DNA from: the human T2T-CHM13v2.0 reference genome, Homo sapiens
Assembly (NCBI RefSeq): GCF_009914755.1
Contig: NC_060936.1
DNA length: 64,000 nt
Strand: one strand, 5' to 3'
How positions within the stretch are numbered: position 1 is the stretch's first letter; the number at the start of each line of letters is the position of its first letter. The position numbers and the translations under genes were made by a program. Below are positions 24,507-38,368 of the stretch, piece by piece. The notes beneath the pieces are model-generated. The model was not told the DNA's origin. It did not search any database and worked only from the letters and a program-made list of their open reading frames with translations.

Positions 24507-25639
24507 TCTTTTGCCCACCTCAGGAGGGTGGTGGGGAGCTGCTCCCTCTGGGGAAACCACATCTGAACTGGATGGTGAAATGCGAGACTGAGTTGTGTAA
24601 AAATTGGGTGAAGTGTTAGCAGGTCGCAAAAACCCCCAGGGCAGAGGCCTCACAAGGGATGGACAGAGAGAGGAACTTTGGAAACGTGAGTGCTCCCTCG
24701 TTTGCTGTTCTAAGCCCTTGCTGAGTACAGCTTTTCTGTGCCCAGGATCTGAGCTGAGCAGGGATGTTCTGCTCCATGCCATGCCAGTGCTGACGGGCAG
24801 CCACTGGAGAGAACAGGCCGCCCCTGGAAGGTGCTCCAACACGCATGATTTATGAGGCTCCCCGATGTGAGCTGGAACAGCTTGCTCCTTCACACTAAAT
24901 AAAACCAAAAGCGGCACAGGAGTGCGGCGTCTGTGAGCGCCTCGTGCGTACAAATGACCATCATAAATCTTTCCGCTCTGCGACGCATCTTTGGGGAGTT
25001 TGGCTGAGAAGCCAGAGCTGGAGAGCGGGCGAGGAGGGAGAGGAAGCAGAGTCTGAATGTCCTGTGCATCCTCTGGGGTCCTCAGGGCGGGGCGGGGGGT
25101 GCTGTCCTGCAGGAGGCGGGACAGGATCTCTGTTCCTCTGCCCCTCCCCACTCCTGCTGTTCACAGCTACTGAACAGCACAAAGCAAGCCTGTCTGTGCG
25201 GACCACTGCTGCTGGCCAAGGCGTCCGGCTGAAAAAGTTCTTGGGAAGCCCAGTGAAGGTCCCTCTGTAACAACCTAGAAGGCCACTTCTTAGAACAAAG
25301 AAATCACCCTGGTGTTCGGGCCCGACGGGATTTTGTGTTAGGGTAGATTTTGTCAGCAGCAGCAGAGATCCAGCACAAACCAGCCTAAACAAAGGAGGAA
25401 AGAAGTTGATTTCTAGAACCAGGACTTGCGTAGTAAGTCCAGGGCCTCGGGCACAGCTGGATCCAGGAGTTAAATGAAGTCATCGTGATCCCTCCATGGG
25501 TGCATATGGCTGACTCTCCCCATTCTCGGTGGCCACGGTCTGCAGCGTCACCACCGCGCGGGCAGATGCTGAGCCTCTGGTCCTTAGGGAACAAGATCAG
25601 GTTCCTTTGAGCCTCTGGTCACCACATTTTCACCACCCA

Positions 25640-26058
25640 TCAGTCTGTCACTTTGGTCTGTTTCTGCTTAAAGACACTGTATTTAGTGTATAGAGTTGAT
25701 TCATTAACGTTGAACTCACGGCCAACAGCACCTACACAGGCCTGAGCGAAGCGTCTCCATCGCATGTCACAGCTCCTGCACTCAGGGTCACTCGAGAGGA
25801 CCTCAGCTCTGTTCCTGAGGCTACTTTAAGCTGCAACATCACCGACAAAGAGCATGAAAATGTGAATGACAGGACTCTAAAAAGAACGCACGTTTACTCC
25901 GAGAGCGGAAACAAGAAGGCGGGTGCGGCCTCACTCCTTCCCGGCCAGGCACGCACGTGGGTGACGCGGCTTCCAGAAGCTCTGTGCACGCCTGTGAATG
26001 ACCAGGAAAGACCCCGGTACTGATCTGGGGATTACGAATACGTTTTAGCAAGTAAGCG
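25640..26058 (-). mobile_element. MER82-like (TcMar-Tigger) DNA transposon relic
   Basis: ttgattcattaacgttgaactcacggccaacagcac...gaaacaagaaggc...gttttagcaagtaagcg matches recalled MER82. Confidence 0.6.
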
Positions 26059-27989
26059 GATGTGTCTGCATCTCTGCACCCCCTTCCCCGCTCCCTCCCA
26101 CCTCCCCTCCATCCTGCCGCCCCAGGGCTGACTTTATTCCCGGACAGGGCCCCCCAAGGGTTTCTACCAGCAGCTCCAGATTTGCCTCTTACCCCCTAGA
26201 GTTCCCCACCTGAAAAACCAAGGGCCTCTTCTCAGCAGCCCCAGGTACAGCCGCGGGCCCCTGGCAGGCATCTTGTTCCACCCCAAGAATAGGAAGTGTC
26301 TGGGCCTCATGGGCTGTGTAGGCCAGTGGACTGGAGGTGGAGAGGGAGAGGCCCACTGCTATCGGAGGGCGGCAGGCGACAACCCGGCCTTTACCCTCGG
26401 GGTCTCTTTGCAGGAGGTCAAAGCCCCCACACTCAGCGTCCGGAGCTCAGCACCTGCCTGCCCCAACCTGCCTGACCCTCCATCCCTGCGCCGTGAACGG
26501 TGACTCTGTCCCCGCTGTGCCTGGTGGCAAAGGTGACCCTTGACTTCCAATCTGTCAGCAAACACCGTGGGTTCCACCCCCAGGTTAAGTGCAGAATCTG
26601 CCCAATTCTGGCCACCTCTGCGGCCCAGCCTTGACCCCAGGCACCCTCGTCTCTCAGCCGGACGACGGCTGAGACAATGGCCGCAGCACCCACCGCCCTC
26701 CCCAGGTCTCAGTCGGTCCCAGACAAGGGCCGCAGCTCACCGCCCTCTCGCCTCTCCCGGGTCTCAGTCGGTCCCCGGCACAGCAGCTGCCGCCACACTG
26801 AGGTCACTACACTGCCCTCCGCTCCTGACCCTGCAGCGCCCCCTCCCCCCGAGTCAAAGGCTTAGTGTTCACAGAGGCCACGCAGCCTTCCCGCCCTCCA
26901 GGCAGCTCCCACCCAGAGCCCTCCCGCGCCAACCCCTCTGCCCGGCGCTCCTCCCTCCAAGGACGACTCCCCGTGTCCTTCTCCTGACCTGGCTGCTCAC
27001 GGCCACGCAGCAGACACAGACACTGTACACCCTCAAGGACTCCCGGCCCATTCACATGCATGTCTGTGATGCTGTGGTCAGCGGTCGCTGGGACCCGCCA
27101 ACGTGGGCTCCATGTGCTGAGGCCCCGTGGAGGTGACTGACAGGGCAGCGGGTGCCTCAGCCAAGCCGGGCCCTCTGGGACCATCATAGGTAAAGTCTTC
27201 CCATCTGCAAATGAGAACCCGGGGATGCTGACCCCGCACCGTCCCCCTGGGACTCTCCGGTGCTCTATGGGTGGGTGCACGACCCAGGTGGGGAAAATGG
27301 AAGAGAGCAGAGGTCGCCTGGGGGCAGGAGCCCAGGACACCCACCCCGCGACCACACTCAGAGCCGACTCAGCCCATGGACGGCTGCAGTTTCCTTGTGT
27401 GCAGCCCCCATGAGGAACCTGACTGCACGAGGCTCCTCCAGGGCTCCATGAGACTCCGTCTCAGGGGCCTTCACCTGCTCTCGGCTTTAAACGAACCACT
27501 GAGAATCACCTGTAACAACCTCACAAAGAAAATAAATCTCTGCACGGGCTTCAAGGCTCTGGGGCCAGGGCTGTGGGCTTTTCAAATCCTGCAGGCTGTG
27601 GCCTGGGCATTTGCCAACTGTCACTACTGCATAATTTAATCTAATTGATCAATTAAATCCAGATAATTTTTAAACAAGCTGTAATAACAGTTATATAATT
27701 TCAGTACCATGTATAATTATTCTAACTTTACTGAAGGAAATGGCTTTCTAAGACATGCCATCTGCATTCTGGAAACTGTCACCTCTGGAGCCGCAGGACT
27801 GGCAGGCAGCTGTCCTCTGAGCCGGCCGACTCTGGGAGGTCAGGGCCGCCCTCAGAGGAGGCTGTCGCTGTGGGTCTGAGTCCCGCAGCCCTTCTGAACC
27901 ACCGTGTTGCGTGGCCTGTGGGGATGCTGTGGCGCCTTCTATGTCATCCGTAAGAATGCGAAACAACCGCCTGGATCTGTGGAATTAGG

Positions 27990-28310
27990 AATCCGTTTCT
28001 ATTGCCACAGTTACACTGTGTGACAACCACACAAATCCTCAGAGAAGAGCAGGAAATATTCACTTTTGCTCACGAATCTGTGGGTTGGCTGTGGGTTCTG
28101 AGGACTTGCTTGGGCCTGTGAATCCGTGGCCGGCTCTGGGTCTCCCTGGACTTGGCCATGTTCACCCGTGAATCTGTGGGCCCTGTGGGTCCCCCTGGAC
28201 TTGGCTGGGCTCACCCGTGAATCGGTGGCTGGCTGTGGGTTTGTTGGTGGCTCTGCTGCCCCTGCCTGGCTCTTCTGTGTCTGGGCGTCCATTGAGATGA
28301 TCCCACTCTC
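27990..28310 (-). mobile_element. Old MLT1-type LTR relic with an internal degenerate ~45-50 bp tandem repeat (cgtgaatctgtgg...ggacttgg)
   Basis: MaLR-like end at ~27990-28080 followed by ~4 diverged units. Confidence 0.45.
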
Positions 28311-28979
28311 TGCTGGTGGGCTGGCAGATCACCACAGATTTCCGAGGTGATCATGGGGTCAGAGAAGACACGAAGATACTCAAGTGCCGTTCCGAGCCCC
28401 GCGTGCACCCTGGTGGTCGCTGTTCCAGGCAGCAGAAGTCCATTTGGTCGCACCTGTGACCTGGGCACAGCCGTCCGCACCCCCAGCCTCCGCCTGGTAC
28501 ACCTTGGATTCCTTGCATTCTGATGCTGTGGTGGTGTCGGGGTGGCCCCTGGCTGCCCTTCAAGGTTGGGGGGGGACACTTACAGGCTTCTGTGTCCTGG
28601 ACACCCACACTGGGGACACGCCTGAGCTCAGGTCTGGCTCCGTGACCTCAAGCAAGTTACCCCGCCTTCCCGTGCCTCAGCCCAACCTCGCTTCACCTGT
28701 CAAACACCAACAGCCACCTGACCCTGGCAGAGTCATGCAGGGAGCGTGCAGGGCGCTGACCCCATAGCAATGCCCACACAGCGTGAGCCCCACCCGAGCC
28801 CCGCTGCTGAGTTCATTTCATGACAGACACCTGGGAGAGCCATGAGTCCCCATCCCGACACAGAGGAGCCGGGGCCAGGGAGGCGGAGGCTGGAACTGGT
28901 CACCGGTGTTCAGTTCGGGGCCCGCCACGGAGTCCACGTGCCAGGCGGCCTAACAAGCCTTGCTGGCCATGCGCCTCCA

Positions 28980-29325
28980 CCTGCAAACACGTCCCCTCTT
29001 ATGGCTCTGGAGGCCAGGGCCCACGCAGCTGCTTCATTCTGAGGTGGGAGCTGCAGTCCGTCTCCGCCTTTCTCCAGGGCGGCTGGTGTTCTCCACCTTT
29101 CCTGACTCTAGGTGTGTCTCCCGGTCTCTGGCTTCATCTCCCGTGGCCTCCTCCCTGTGTGCCTGTTTCTGTGCCTGTATCTCCCCTTTTCATCAGGGCA
29201 CAGTCTGTGGGGTTCGGCCCATCCCACTCCAGTGTGGCCTCATCTTAACCCCTCACGGCTGCCACAGCCCCAGGTCCAACCAAGGTCACGCACACAGGTC
29301 CTGGGAGGTCGGGGCTCCCACAGTG
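28980..29325 (-). mobile_element. MLT1-type LTR relic
   Basis: tggctctggaggccaggg...ccagtgtggcctcatcttaac...ccaaccaaggtcac. Confidence 0.5.
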
Positions 29326-30589
29326 AATGTGGGGAAATGCAAGTGAACCTGGGATAACCGGTGAAGAGCATGCAGCCTCGGACAAGTCCCTTCAGCTCTC
29401 TGGGCCGTCCCATCCTGTCTGTGTCTGCAAGGTGACCATGCTGTTCCACCCGGGCCACGAGAAGGACTGAAGAGGAAATGCGTGTTGAAGGCAAGGCACG
29501 GACCAGCCACGAGCAGCTCAGGCCGCACCAGCCACAGTTACAGCCACGAGCCACGAGCAGCTCAGCCACAGTTACCATCAGCCAGAGCAAGGAGGCCGCC
29601 CCGACCCAGAACCCAGTCTCCACCACCTCTTTCCCTCCATCTCTTTCTCTCTGATTTTCTCCTCTGTCCCAGAATCCTTTTCTGCCCCGGTGGCCAAGGT
29701 CCAGAGAAAAGGCCTTTCCTCCTGGTCAGAGCTCTGTCTCCTTCATCGGCCCTTTGAGGAGCTGGGAGGGGCCTCTCAGAGCCCCTCATGAGGAAATTCC
29801 CAAGGTTTCCTCTTAACTGCAGCAATAAAGTTTTTGTTAATTCTCCATAAGTGTAAATGTTCCCACAGGTTCCAATTACAGGCCTCCGCGGAAGTGAGTT
29901 TTCCCAAACACCATTCTAATTTGAATGTCAAACACGTTACACAACAGGGCTGCTACGGTTCCCATGGAGCCAGGCCCCGGGACAGCCCTGGGATCCCCCC
30001 TTCAGTCAGCCCCCACTTGCTTTCTCTAAGGAGGTACCCCTGGGACCCAGGACTCCCCAGGCCTCAGAAGTGGAGGGAAGACAGATTTGGAGGAACTTGG
30101 AGTCCCCTGGGGGATGGAGGCCTGGGAGGGACCCTGGCCCACCTTCCTGGAATGCAGCGGGCAGAGGGCAAGGGTCTTGCTCCCAAGGCCCTTGATTTCT
30201 GTCTCTTCTTCACTTCACCTGCACTCTAAAAAGAGGCTTTCAGTGTTTCCAGTGAATACGTCTTCTGTGGCACGCCAACACTGCTTTAAGTTTCTGAGTT
30301 ATTGGCCAATATTTGCAAAGCAGAATATTTTGCAGGATTTCTGGTGTCTGTAGAAGTATTAGAAAATGTGGCTGCGTAGAGCTCCTGTTTCCTCACCACA
30401 GAAAGTGGTGGACCTCAGTAAGTGCTGCTGCTTTTAGAAGAATGCACAAAATCCAATTTCCCACAATTCCCATCCAGCCCGTATCAGCCATTTATTTTAC
30501 ATCCCTGGCTTGTGGACTTTCACTTTTGGAATCACTTTTACAGAGATCCCTGACCTCTCTTCAGATCTCCTGTTTCAGGACAAAGTTTT

Positions 30590-31270
30590 GCCATCATTAC
30601 CATAATCTCCACCACTACCTACTCCACCACCAACACCACCATCACCATAATTATCATCATCATCATTATCATTATCACCATCACCATCACTATTATCACC
30701 ATCATTATCACACCATTATCACCACCATCACCATCACCATCATCACATCACCATTATCACCATCACCATCACTATCATCACCATCACCATCATCATCACC
30801 ATCACCACCACCATCATCACCATTATCATATCACCATTATCCTCATTGTCACCATCACCATCATCATCACCATCATCACCATCACCATTATCATCACCAT
30901 CATCATCACCATCACTATCATCACCATCAGCATCACCATCAGCATCATCACCATCACCATCATCGTCACCATCATCACCATCACCATCATCACCATCACC
31001 ATCACCATCATCAGTCACCATTATCACCATCACTGACACCATCACCATCATCACCATCACCATCATCATCATCACCATCACTATCATCACCATCATCATC
31101 ACCATCATCATCACCATCATCACCATCACTATCACCATCATCACCATTGCCATCATCACCATCATCACCATCACTATCACCATCATCACCATCACCACCA
31201 TCATCATCACTATCATCATGGTCTCCACCTCCATCACTACCAACTTCCCTGCTACTATCACCACCATCAC
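30590..31270. repeat. Mosaic (CAT/CAC)n trinucleotide repeat, ~680 bp
   Basis: catcaccatcat...; source of the poly-His, Ser/Pro and Asp/Gly pseudo-ORFs. Confidence 0.95.
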
Positions 31271-31597
31271 TGCATATACACACAGAGACTCTGTCTCATC
31301 AGATTCTTTGGTACCTCTGACCCCTCTGGGAGCTCTCTCAATACATCCAGTCCACACAAGTTAGTAAAATTGGGTCAGAGCTGGGGGTGGGGGATTAGGC
31401 GGATTATGTTGAGAATGCCTTTCTGGCATAGTCCTGAAGAAGTTGGTGAAACTTGCTCGTGCTGTGCGGCTAGCTTTGGCTCCATGTCTAGCTGAGGAAG
31501 GATGCTCATGCCATGGTTCTCTGGCTGGCATGTCACTGTCCTCCAATTTTTCCCTCCTTGTGTAACTGTCCTCCAAAATGTCATTGAAAAGCTGCCC

Positions 31598-31924
<327 letters not shown>

Positions 31925-32260
31925 TGAGGTTGACCCAACTCCCAGCTCCAGAAATGGCCCATGACTTGTCTGTCCTGTTAACATATTCCGAGCCCTCAGC
32001 CCAAGGATTGGGTCAGGGTTAGGCATGTGGCCCCAGCCAGGCCAATGAGACTCGATTCTTAGACTTTGTTTGTAGAGGACCGACAACTGGTGCCTCTTTT
32101 CCGTGGGGTAGGCACGTCTGGTGGGATGTGGTGAGCAGCTGCTGGGATCATCTTTACCAGCAACGGGGAGCCTGGTTGGGACTGCAGGGCTTGGGGAGGG
32201 AAGCAGAGTGAGAGCTGGAGGCAGAGCCAGGGTCCCCGGGATGCCCTCTGCCTCTGTGCT

Positions 32261-32436
32261 CAGCTGCGCCTGAATCCAGCTGCATCACCTGAATCCAGCT
32301 GCGAACCTGAATCCAGCTGCGTCACCTCCCTTCGCTCTTTCTGCCACCTTGAGTTGGGTTCTGCTGCTTGTCATCAGCTGCATCAGCTCCCTTCACCCTT
32401 TTTGCCACCTTGGGTTGGGTTCTGCTTTTGTCATCA
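32261..32436. repeat. ~19-bp repeat x3 (cctgaatccagctgc) followed by a ~60-bp duplication
   Basis: Direct repeats visible; several CAGCTG E-boxes. Confidence 0.7.
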
Positions 32437-33781
32437 AAATAGCCTGGGCACACCCATGCCCTTCCCTGGCTGACCTGTCTGGAAATGCCCCAGCCCAGCC
32501 TGTCTCCTCTGGGGCTGAAAGGTCACTTTATGCTCTCAGCTTCCATTTCCCTCTCCAGGAAGCAGGGTGAGCACACTGTCCTCGGTGAGCACACAGGCAG
32601 CAGCTAGACACAGGCTGCTTGCCAACCGAGGTGCCTCCTTGGAATCACCAGAAAGTGGACCCTCGGGGGCTGGGCCCTGCACTTCCCCACCCACCCAGCC
32701 TGGCCTCGTCCCTTAGGTTGGATTCTTAGGCAACGGAATGGCCCCTGTCCCCCTATCTGTGTCCCCATCTCACCAGGCATCTGTCCTTTGAGATTCTGAG
32801 CTGAGCACAGCCGTGGCCCTCTGGGGACAGGAGGGATGGACACTAAGAGTTAAAGCTGGGAGAGCCTGGTGGCCTCTTTAGACATCCTGGCACAGCCCTA
32901 GAGGCCGGCATGAGGACCAAGGCCACGGGGCTACCCAGCCCCTGCCCCAGGAACTCATGAAGGACCCAAGGGCTCCTGGACCTCTGGCCTGGCTGAGCAA
33001 GTCCCTGGGCTCTGGGCCGGGCTCTGAGCTGAGATGCAGGGTTGGGTGCAGCAGGCCAGGTGCTCCCATCCCCGTTCCTGCAGCTCTGCAGGGAGCTCTG
33101 CCTAATCCCCCTCCCTCAGCCCAGGCTCACCCAGCTGTCAACTAACCATGGTCGCGACCCCCCAGGGACGGCTTTTCTTGTTGTTTCAAAAGTGCAGGCC
33201 TGGGATCCCCCTGTTGCCAGCGTGGGACTTCCCACAGGTATCAGGTTTTCTCATCTGCAAAATAGGCAGAAAAATCTGAAGGTGGTTCTTTCCCTCCAAG
33301 TCACAAGGAGGCCGAGGCGGAGCTCGGTGGGCTGAGCGAAGGCGATGTGAGTGGTGGTCGTGTCTGTGTCTCCTGTGCTCCAGACTTGGCACCACCGGTC
33401 ACCCCCACACCCCCTGCACGGCCGCGGCTGCTGGTGTCCTGGACGCTGCACTGCTTTGCCAGAGGCCAGAGCCCCCCCTCATCCAGAACGCCCTCGTGGG
33501 GCATTCGCAGAGCTGCCACCGCCATAGACAAGCATGGAGACCCCTCTTGTGAGCCTGCAGCTCCCTGTGATGGGGCACATAGGTCACTATGGCAGAGGGC
33601 CCTGTGCTGACCTCCGAATAACCTAATTAAGGCTGATGACAGAAAGACACCGGGGGAAGGGCGGCCTCTATGAAAACCCCGGGAAGGGGCTGGCTGCAGC
33701 AGTGTGGAAGCGAAGGACCACGGCAGAGACTCAGGCCGAAGAGCTTGGCTCATGCTCCTAAAAAGAAAACAGAAAAAAAAA

Positions 33782-33925
33782 GCGGGGCATGGTGGCGCAC
33801 ACCTGTGGCCCCAGCTACTTGGGAAGAGGCTGAGGTGGGAGGATGGCTTGAGCCCGGGAGGTCGAGGCTGCTGGGAGCCGTGATGGCACTGGTGAACAGC
33901 CACTGCCCTCCAGCCCGGGCATACA
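33782..33925 (+). mobile_element. Fossil Alu monomer (FAM/7SL-like)
   Basis: Monomeric Alu that retains the 7SL-type gtgaacagccactg segment. Confidence 0.65.
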
Positions 33926-36865
33926 GCCAGGCATGGGGCTTTGCTTTCACGGAATAACAGCCCCGTGTTCTGGTCACACAGGACCTTGCAGCTGCCACAA
34001 GCTGCAAGCTGTGTTGCGTTTCTGCAACTCTGGGCAAGTAGGGAGCAATGGAATCTTGGTGCCTTCTCTGGGTTTCCGGGAATTCATCTAGGGGCTGGGC
34101 CTTCCCATGGAATGCGCACGTGCTCCCCAGCTGCAAGCCCTCCCTCTTCTCGGAACCCCACGGACCATGCGCCTTCCACTCAGATGAACATCCACTGCAC
34201 ACAGTGGCGTCCCAGGCCGGGCGTGACTCAGTGGACACAGGGCCTCCACCTCAAGGAACCTGGCCTGCCAGGGGGCCCCAAACCCCGACACCCCCCGAGG
34301 CGACGGTGGCTCAGGAGGCTCTGAGGGAGGCCCCTGTCCCACCCTTGTCCCGGGTTTGTTCTCGTGTTTATTTTTTCTCCACATCTCTGTTTGCATCCTT
34401 CTGCTTTTCTCCTGCATTTGGAAAAGAGGCGCCCGGTATCCACACCAACCACAGCTCTGAGCTCGCCCGTGCGGGCAACGCAGGAGGCCTCAACAGGGCA
34501 CCCACTGCCCAGCTGGCCGTGAGTGACGCCTGCACAGCTCAGGAAGGCAGAGACTATGGCAGGTGTATAGGTGAAGCCGGCACTAAAAGACGGACAGCCC
34601 TACAGAGACCGCCAATCCCCAGAAGCAGCCGAGGCAACCGCGTCCACCCCCTGCCGGGGGCCCTTCCTGCACAGCTCGGGGATCCCAGCCCTCGGCTGCC
34701 ACTCCCGACCCAGAGCCCAGGCCCAGCCTCTGCCCCAACCCCGCCAAGCCTGTGTGCACGCCTGCCAGGCCCCTCCCCCACCGTCCCTTCCTTCGAGGCC
34801 CTGAGCGCTCGCTCACTGCAGGCTTCTGGCAGGAGATGCTGCAAGTGGCGGGGATGGGCAGGCACCACATTTCCCCCACCCTGGAAGAAACCGCTTCTCA
34901 GTGGACGGGCTCAAACCCCCTCCTCCTGCCACCATCCCCTCACTGAAGGTCCCAGTGCTTTTTGGAAGGAGGGAAGAGTCGGGGGCAGAAAAGGAGTCAA
35001 TCAGTGAATGCACACCTGCAAGAAGGCATGACGGGCTGGGCGCTGGGGGCTGGCGCAGACCCACCTGTGTTGTTCTGATTAATCTCCTCCACAGCTCAAC
35101 ATCATCTGGAGAGACAGGAAGGATTACAGAAAATTGGCTTTTCTGTCTGGCTTCCCCCAAGGGAGGCGGTCATGGGCAGGGTCCGTGGCCTCGTTCCACC
35201 AGCAGTGATTACAGCAGTAATCCCGAATTTTGATCAGGAAGTGGCCCTGGCCCTGAAATGACTTTTTGCTAAGCCTCCCTCCCGTGTCCGGGGCAGCTGC
35301 ACGCATGGCACCTCGCCGTTGCACTGAGACGTGATTGGTCCATTAGCACGGGGGTAGGAACGGCTTCCCCTGTGTCTGCCTCAAATGTCTCGTGAAGAGT
35401 GTGGCGGGACTTTCCTGGCACCGCCACTGCCTCCGTCAGTCCACAGAGAGTTGCGGGGGTCAGAATATGGCGTGACAAGGGCTGGGCAGGGGTGGTCGGG
35501 GCCCAGCTGTCTCCAGGTTGCAGAGGGGCAGACGGTGTCCCGCGAGGAGGCTTCCAGCTCCGCCATCAGCACAGCAGTGAACACGAAGCCAGCAGTGAAG
35601 GAATGGCCAGGCAGCCGGGAGGCCTTGCCTCTGCAGTTCCACGTGGGTGTGCAGCGGGACTGTATTCCCACGGGGCTGGGCCCTGACAGGCGTGGGCGTC
35701 CCTGAAGGCCTGGCGCTCCAGAATTCTTTCCACCTGTCTTCACGCCCTGCTCCCAGCCTCTGGCTGAGTGACGAGGATTCAGAGGGTCAGAAGGGGACAC
35801 ACGACAGAGGAGGAGGCTGGTCACTCAGAGACCCCTGGGCCACCAGGGACCGCGCCCTGCCCCCGCCGACCAGCCACGTGGCTGTGCTGGATGACGACGT
35901 GGCCTCTTGATGCCGAGGGCGAACATTTTGTATGAAGTTGCTGAGATTAGCAGCGGCGTCCGCCCCAGCAGCTAGCGTTTCCCCCACGTGCCGGCGATGT
36001 CGTCCTCCGACTCAATACTTGGCAGCTTGCTCAGGGCTTTTTGTAGCAAGTAACAGGAAACTCAGCTCTCGGGGCTGGAGCAGAGCCCGTGGGATTCACA
36101 GCCCCTGAGTGCAGGTGCAGGGTGGTGAGATGGCGGCACAGCTTGCTCAAGGCCCCAGAGCCTGGGGAGCCTGGTCTCTGGTCTCTCCCTCCTTCCGCAG
36201 AGGCCCCTCTGGCGGGTGCCTCGTCCGCCAGGCCCACCTGCATGGGGTGGAAGGGTGCACCTGGCGGAGACCCGTGGGGCCGTCCCTTCCCCGGCCGGAG
36301 CTCGCAGGGAGGCCCTGGCACCATGGGCTCTGGTGTGCCCAGGGGACAGGAGCTCTTACTGTCCAGGCCAAGGCACACAGACCCTTCAGCTCAGCCAGCG
36401 TCATATGAGGGAGGCAGCGGTGTCTCCAAGCCAAGGTGGGGTCTCTCACTGGAGAACAATGGGGGGATCTTGGCTGGTTCCCTGAACATGGGGTGCCAGA
36501 GCCAGGGATGCGGGTACCGTGGAGAACTGAGCTTCTGCAGCTGCTGCGACCTTGCCCAGCCCTCGCACCCTCTTCCTTAGGGACCCCACCCTTTGGGAAA
36601 ACACCCACCCCTGCTCCACCGCACGCCGGGGGGCAGCCTCCACGTGGAATCAGCACGCCTGCGGACCAGCCAGCCGGCCAGGACAGGGAATGAGGCGATA
36701 CTCCAGTGACAGATCCCATGAGCACGGGGACCACAGAGCTGCCGGCCTTTCCCGCCTGGGGAGGGAAAAGCTCGTAGGACCCGGCGCTGGGGAGCTCGTG
36801 GACCCCTTCGAGTCTGGAGCTGGGCCACGGGCTCCTGCCCTTGATTGCATGACACCCTTCTAGCA

Positions 36866-37838
36866 CATTCCTCCTTTCGCCAAAGTGAGTTCAGATAGAT
36901 TTTCTGTCACTTGCAACCAAAGCAAACCTGAAAAATGCAGCGTTGTCTGGAGCCTGAGTCGCTTCCTTCTCCTTTGTGAGGAACTTCAGGTTTATCCGAA
37001 GTGACTTAGACACGACCAGGCTCCAGCCTCCCGCGTGGTTTGAAGCCAGGCCCAGGCCCAGGGACTCCTGAGGTCTGGTCTCAGTGGTGCTGTCGCGGCC
37101 TCCAGACCCTCCCACCCTGAGCCCACCAGTCCCCACCCATTGAAGTGGCGGCCAGTGGAAAACCACAGAGGCGGCAGCCCTCAGTCCGTCTCACGTAAAC
37201 TTCTTCAGTTGCTTCAGGAAGCACAGCAACTGAAGTCTAACGTATCCTCACCAGGGGCAGATACTGTCGGAATGTCCCCTCTTCTCCTGAGTATTCAAAA
37301 GCAGATGGAAGCCGGTGCCGCCCCCCGCCCCTACCACCTCAGAGACTCTGGAGTCCCCACTGCTCAGGGCTCCAAGTCCCCTGTACCCACCAGGGCCTTC
37401 TCCAACCCAGCTGAGGTTCTGAGACAGGTGTGGCTGCCTTTGACAGACATGGGGATTGGGTTGCAATCTGGGCGGTGGCCCCACATGCAGAACATCCGCT
37501 TTGGGAGTAGATTTGGGAGTGCTATCTGTTCTGCAGCCTCCCAGTGGGGCAGCTCCCTCCTCCATCCATGCGTGAGCCGGCCCTGGTGCGAATCCACCCA
37601 AGACCCCTGCCCGGCCCCAGCAGAAGGACAGTCTTGGCCCAACCTCATCTCTGCCGGGCCCCAAACTGTGCGGGAGGCTGGAGCCTGGTCGTGTCTAAGT
37701 CACTTCGGATAAACCTGAAGTTCCTCACAAAGGAGAAGGAAGCGACTCGGGCTCCAGACAACGCTGCATTTTTCAGGTTTGCTTTGGTTGCAAGTGACAG
37801 AAAATCTACCTGAACTCACTTTGGCGAAACGAGGAATG
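36866..37838. repeat. Long inverted repeat: 169-bp arms (36866-37034 and 37670-37838), 635-bp spacer
   Basis: Arms are reverse complements with 3 mismatches by manual comparison. The ORF track shows nearly the same peptide, WSLVVSKSLRINLKFLTKEKEAT(Q/R)APDNAAFFRFALVASDRKS, on opposite strands. Confidence 0.95.
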
Positions 37839-38295
37839 CACTTGGGCCCAGGCAGGGCTCCAGATGCTGCCCGGCTGAGTGTGCCCGTTTCACACCCTGT
37901 GCAGAAGAAGGGATGCTGGCGGCTTGACGTGAGCTCTGCCATCATCCTCCCCTCCTTCTGGGTTCCTGGGAGGCACCTGAGTCGGAGGAGGGAGGCAGCA
38001 GCTTCCTGGCCCTGCAGAGAGTGACTCACGCAGCTCGGCGGGGGACGCACCCGCCTCCGAGGAGCTGGCTCCGCCGTCCCAGCCCCACCATCTGGCGCTT
38101 CTGACTCGGATCTGTTGGTGTTTACTTCCTGAAACTTTGCATTCCCAGGGTCTGTGCCCGGGAGCAACTGTGTGTGGAGGATCACACTTCCTTTCATATG
38201 TTCCAGCGACACAGAACAGCTTGCTTTCAGGCCGTTGCAAAACACAAACCAGAAAAAGAAAAAGAGTCTTCCAAGCCCTCTTCCCATGAAGGCAG

Positions 38296-38368
38296 AAAGC
38301 CGAGACACTCGGGGCAAAAAGCCGAGACACTCAGGGGGCAAAAAGCCGAGACACTCGGGGGGCAGAAA
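38296..38368. repeat. ~22-bp tandem repeat x3 (aaagccgagacactcggggca)
   Basis: Direct copies visible. Confidence 0.8.

Noticed and set aside
30313-31364. His-rich 335-aa ORF and overlapping Met/Val and Asp/Gly ORFs
   Set aside because: Translations of a CAT/CAC simple repeat with frequent register shifts; no gene structure.
33782-33925. Functional 7SL/SRP RNA gene
   Set aside because: Lacks the S-domain and is diverged; it fits a fossil Alu monomer.
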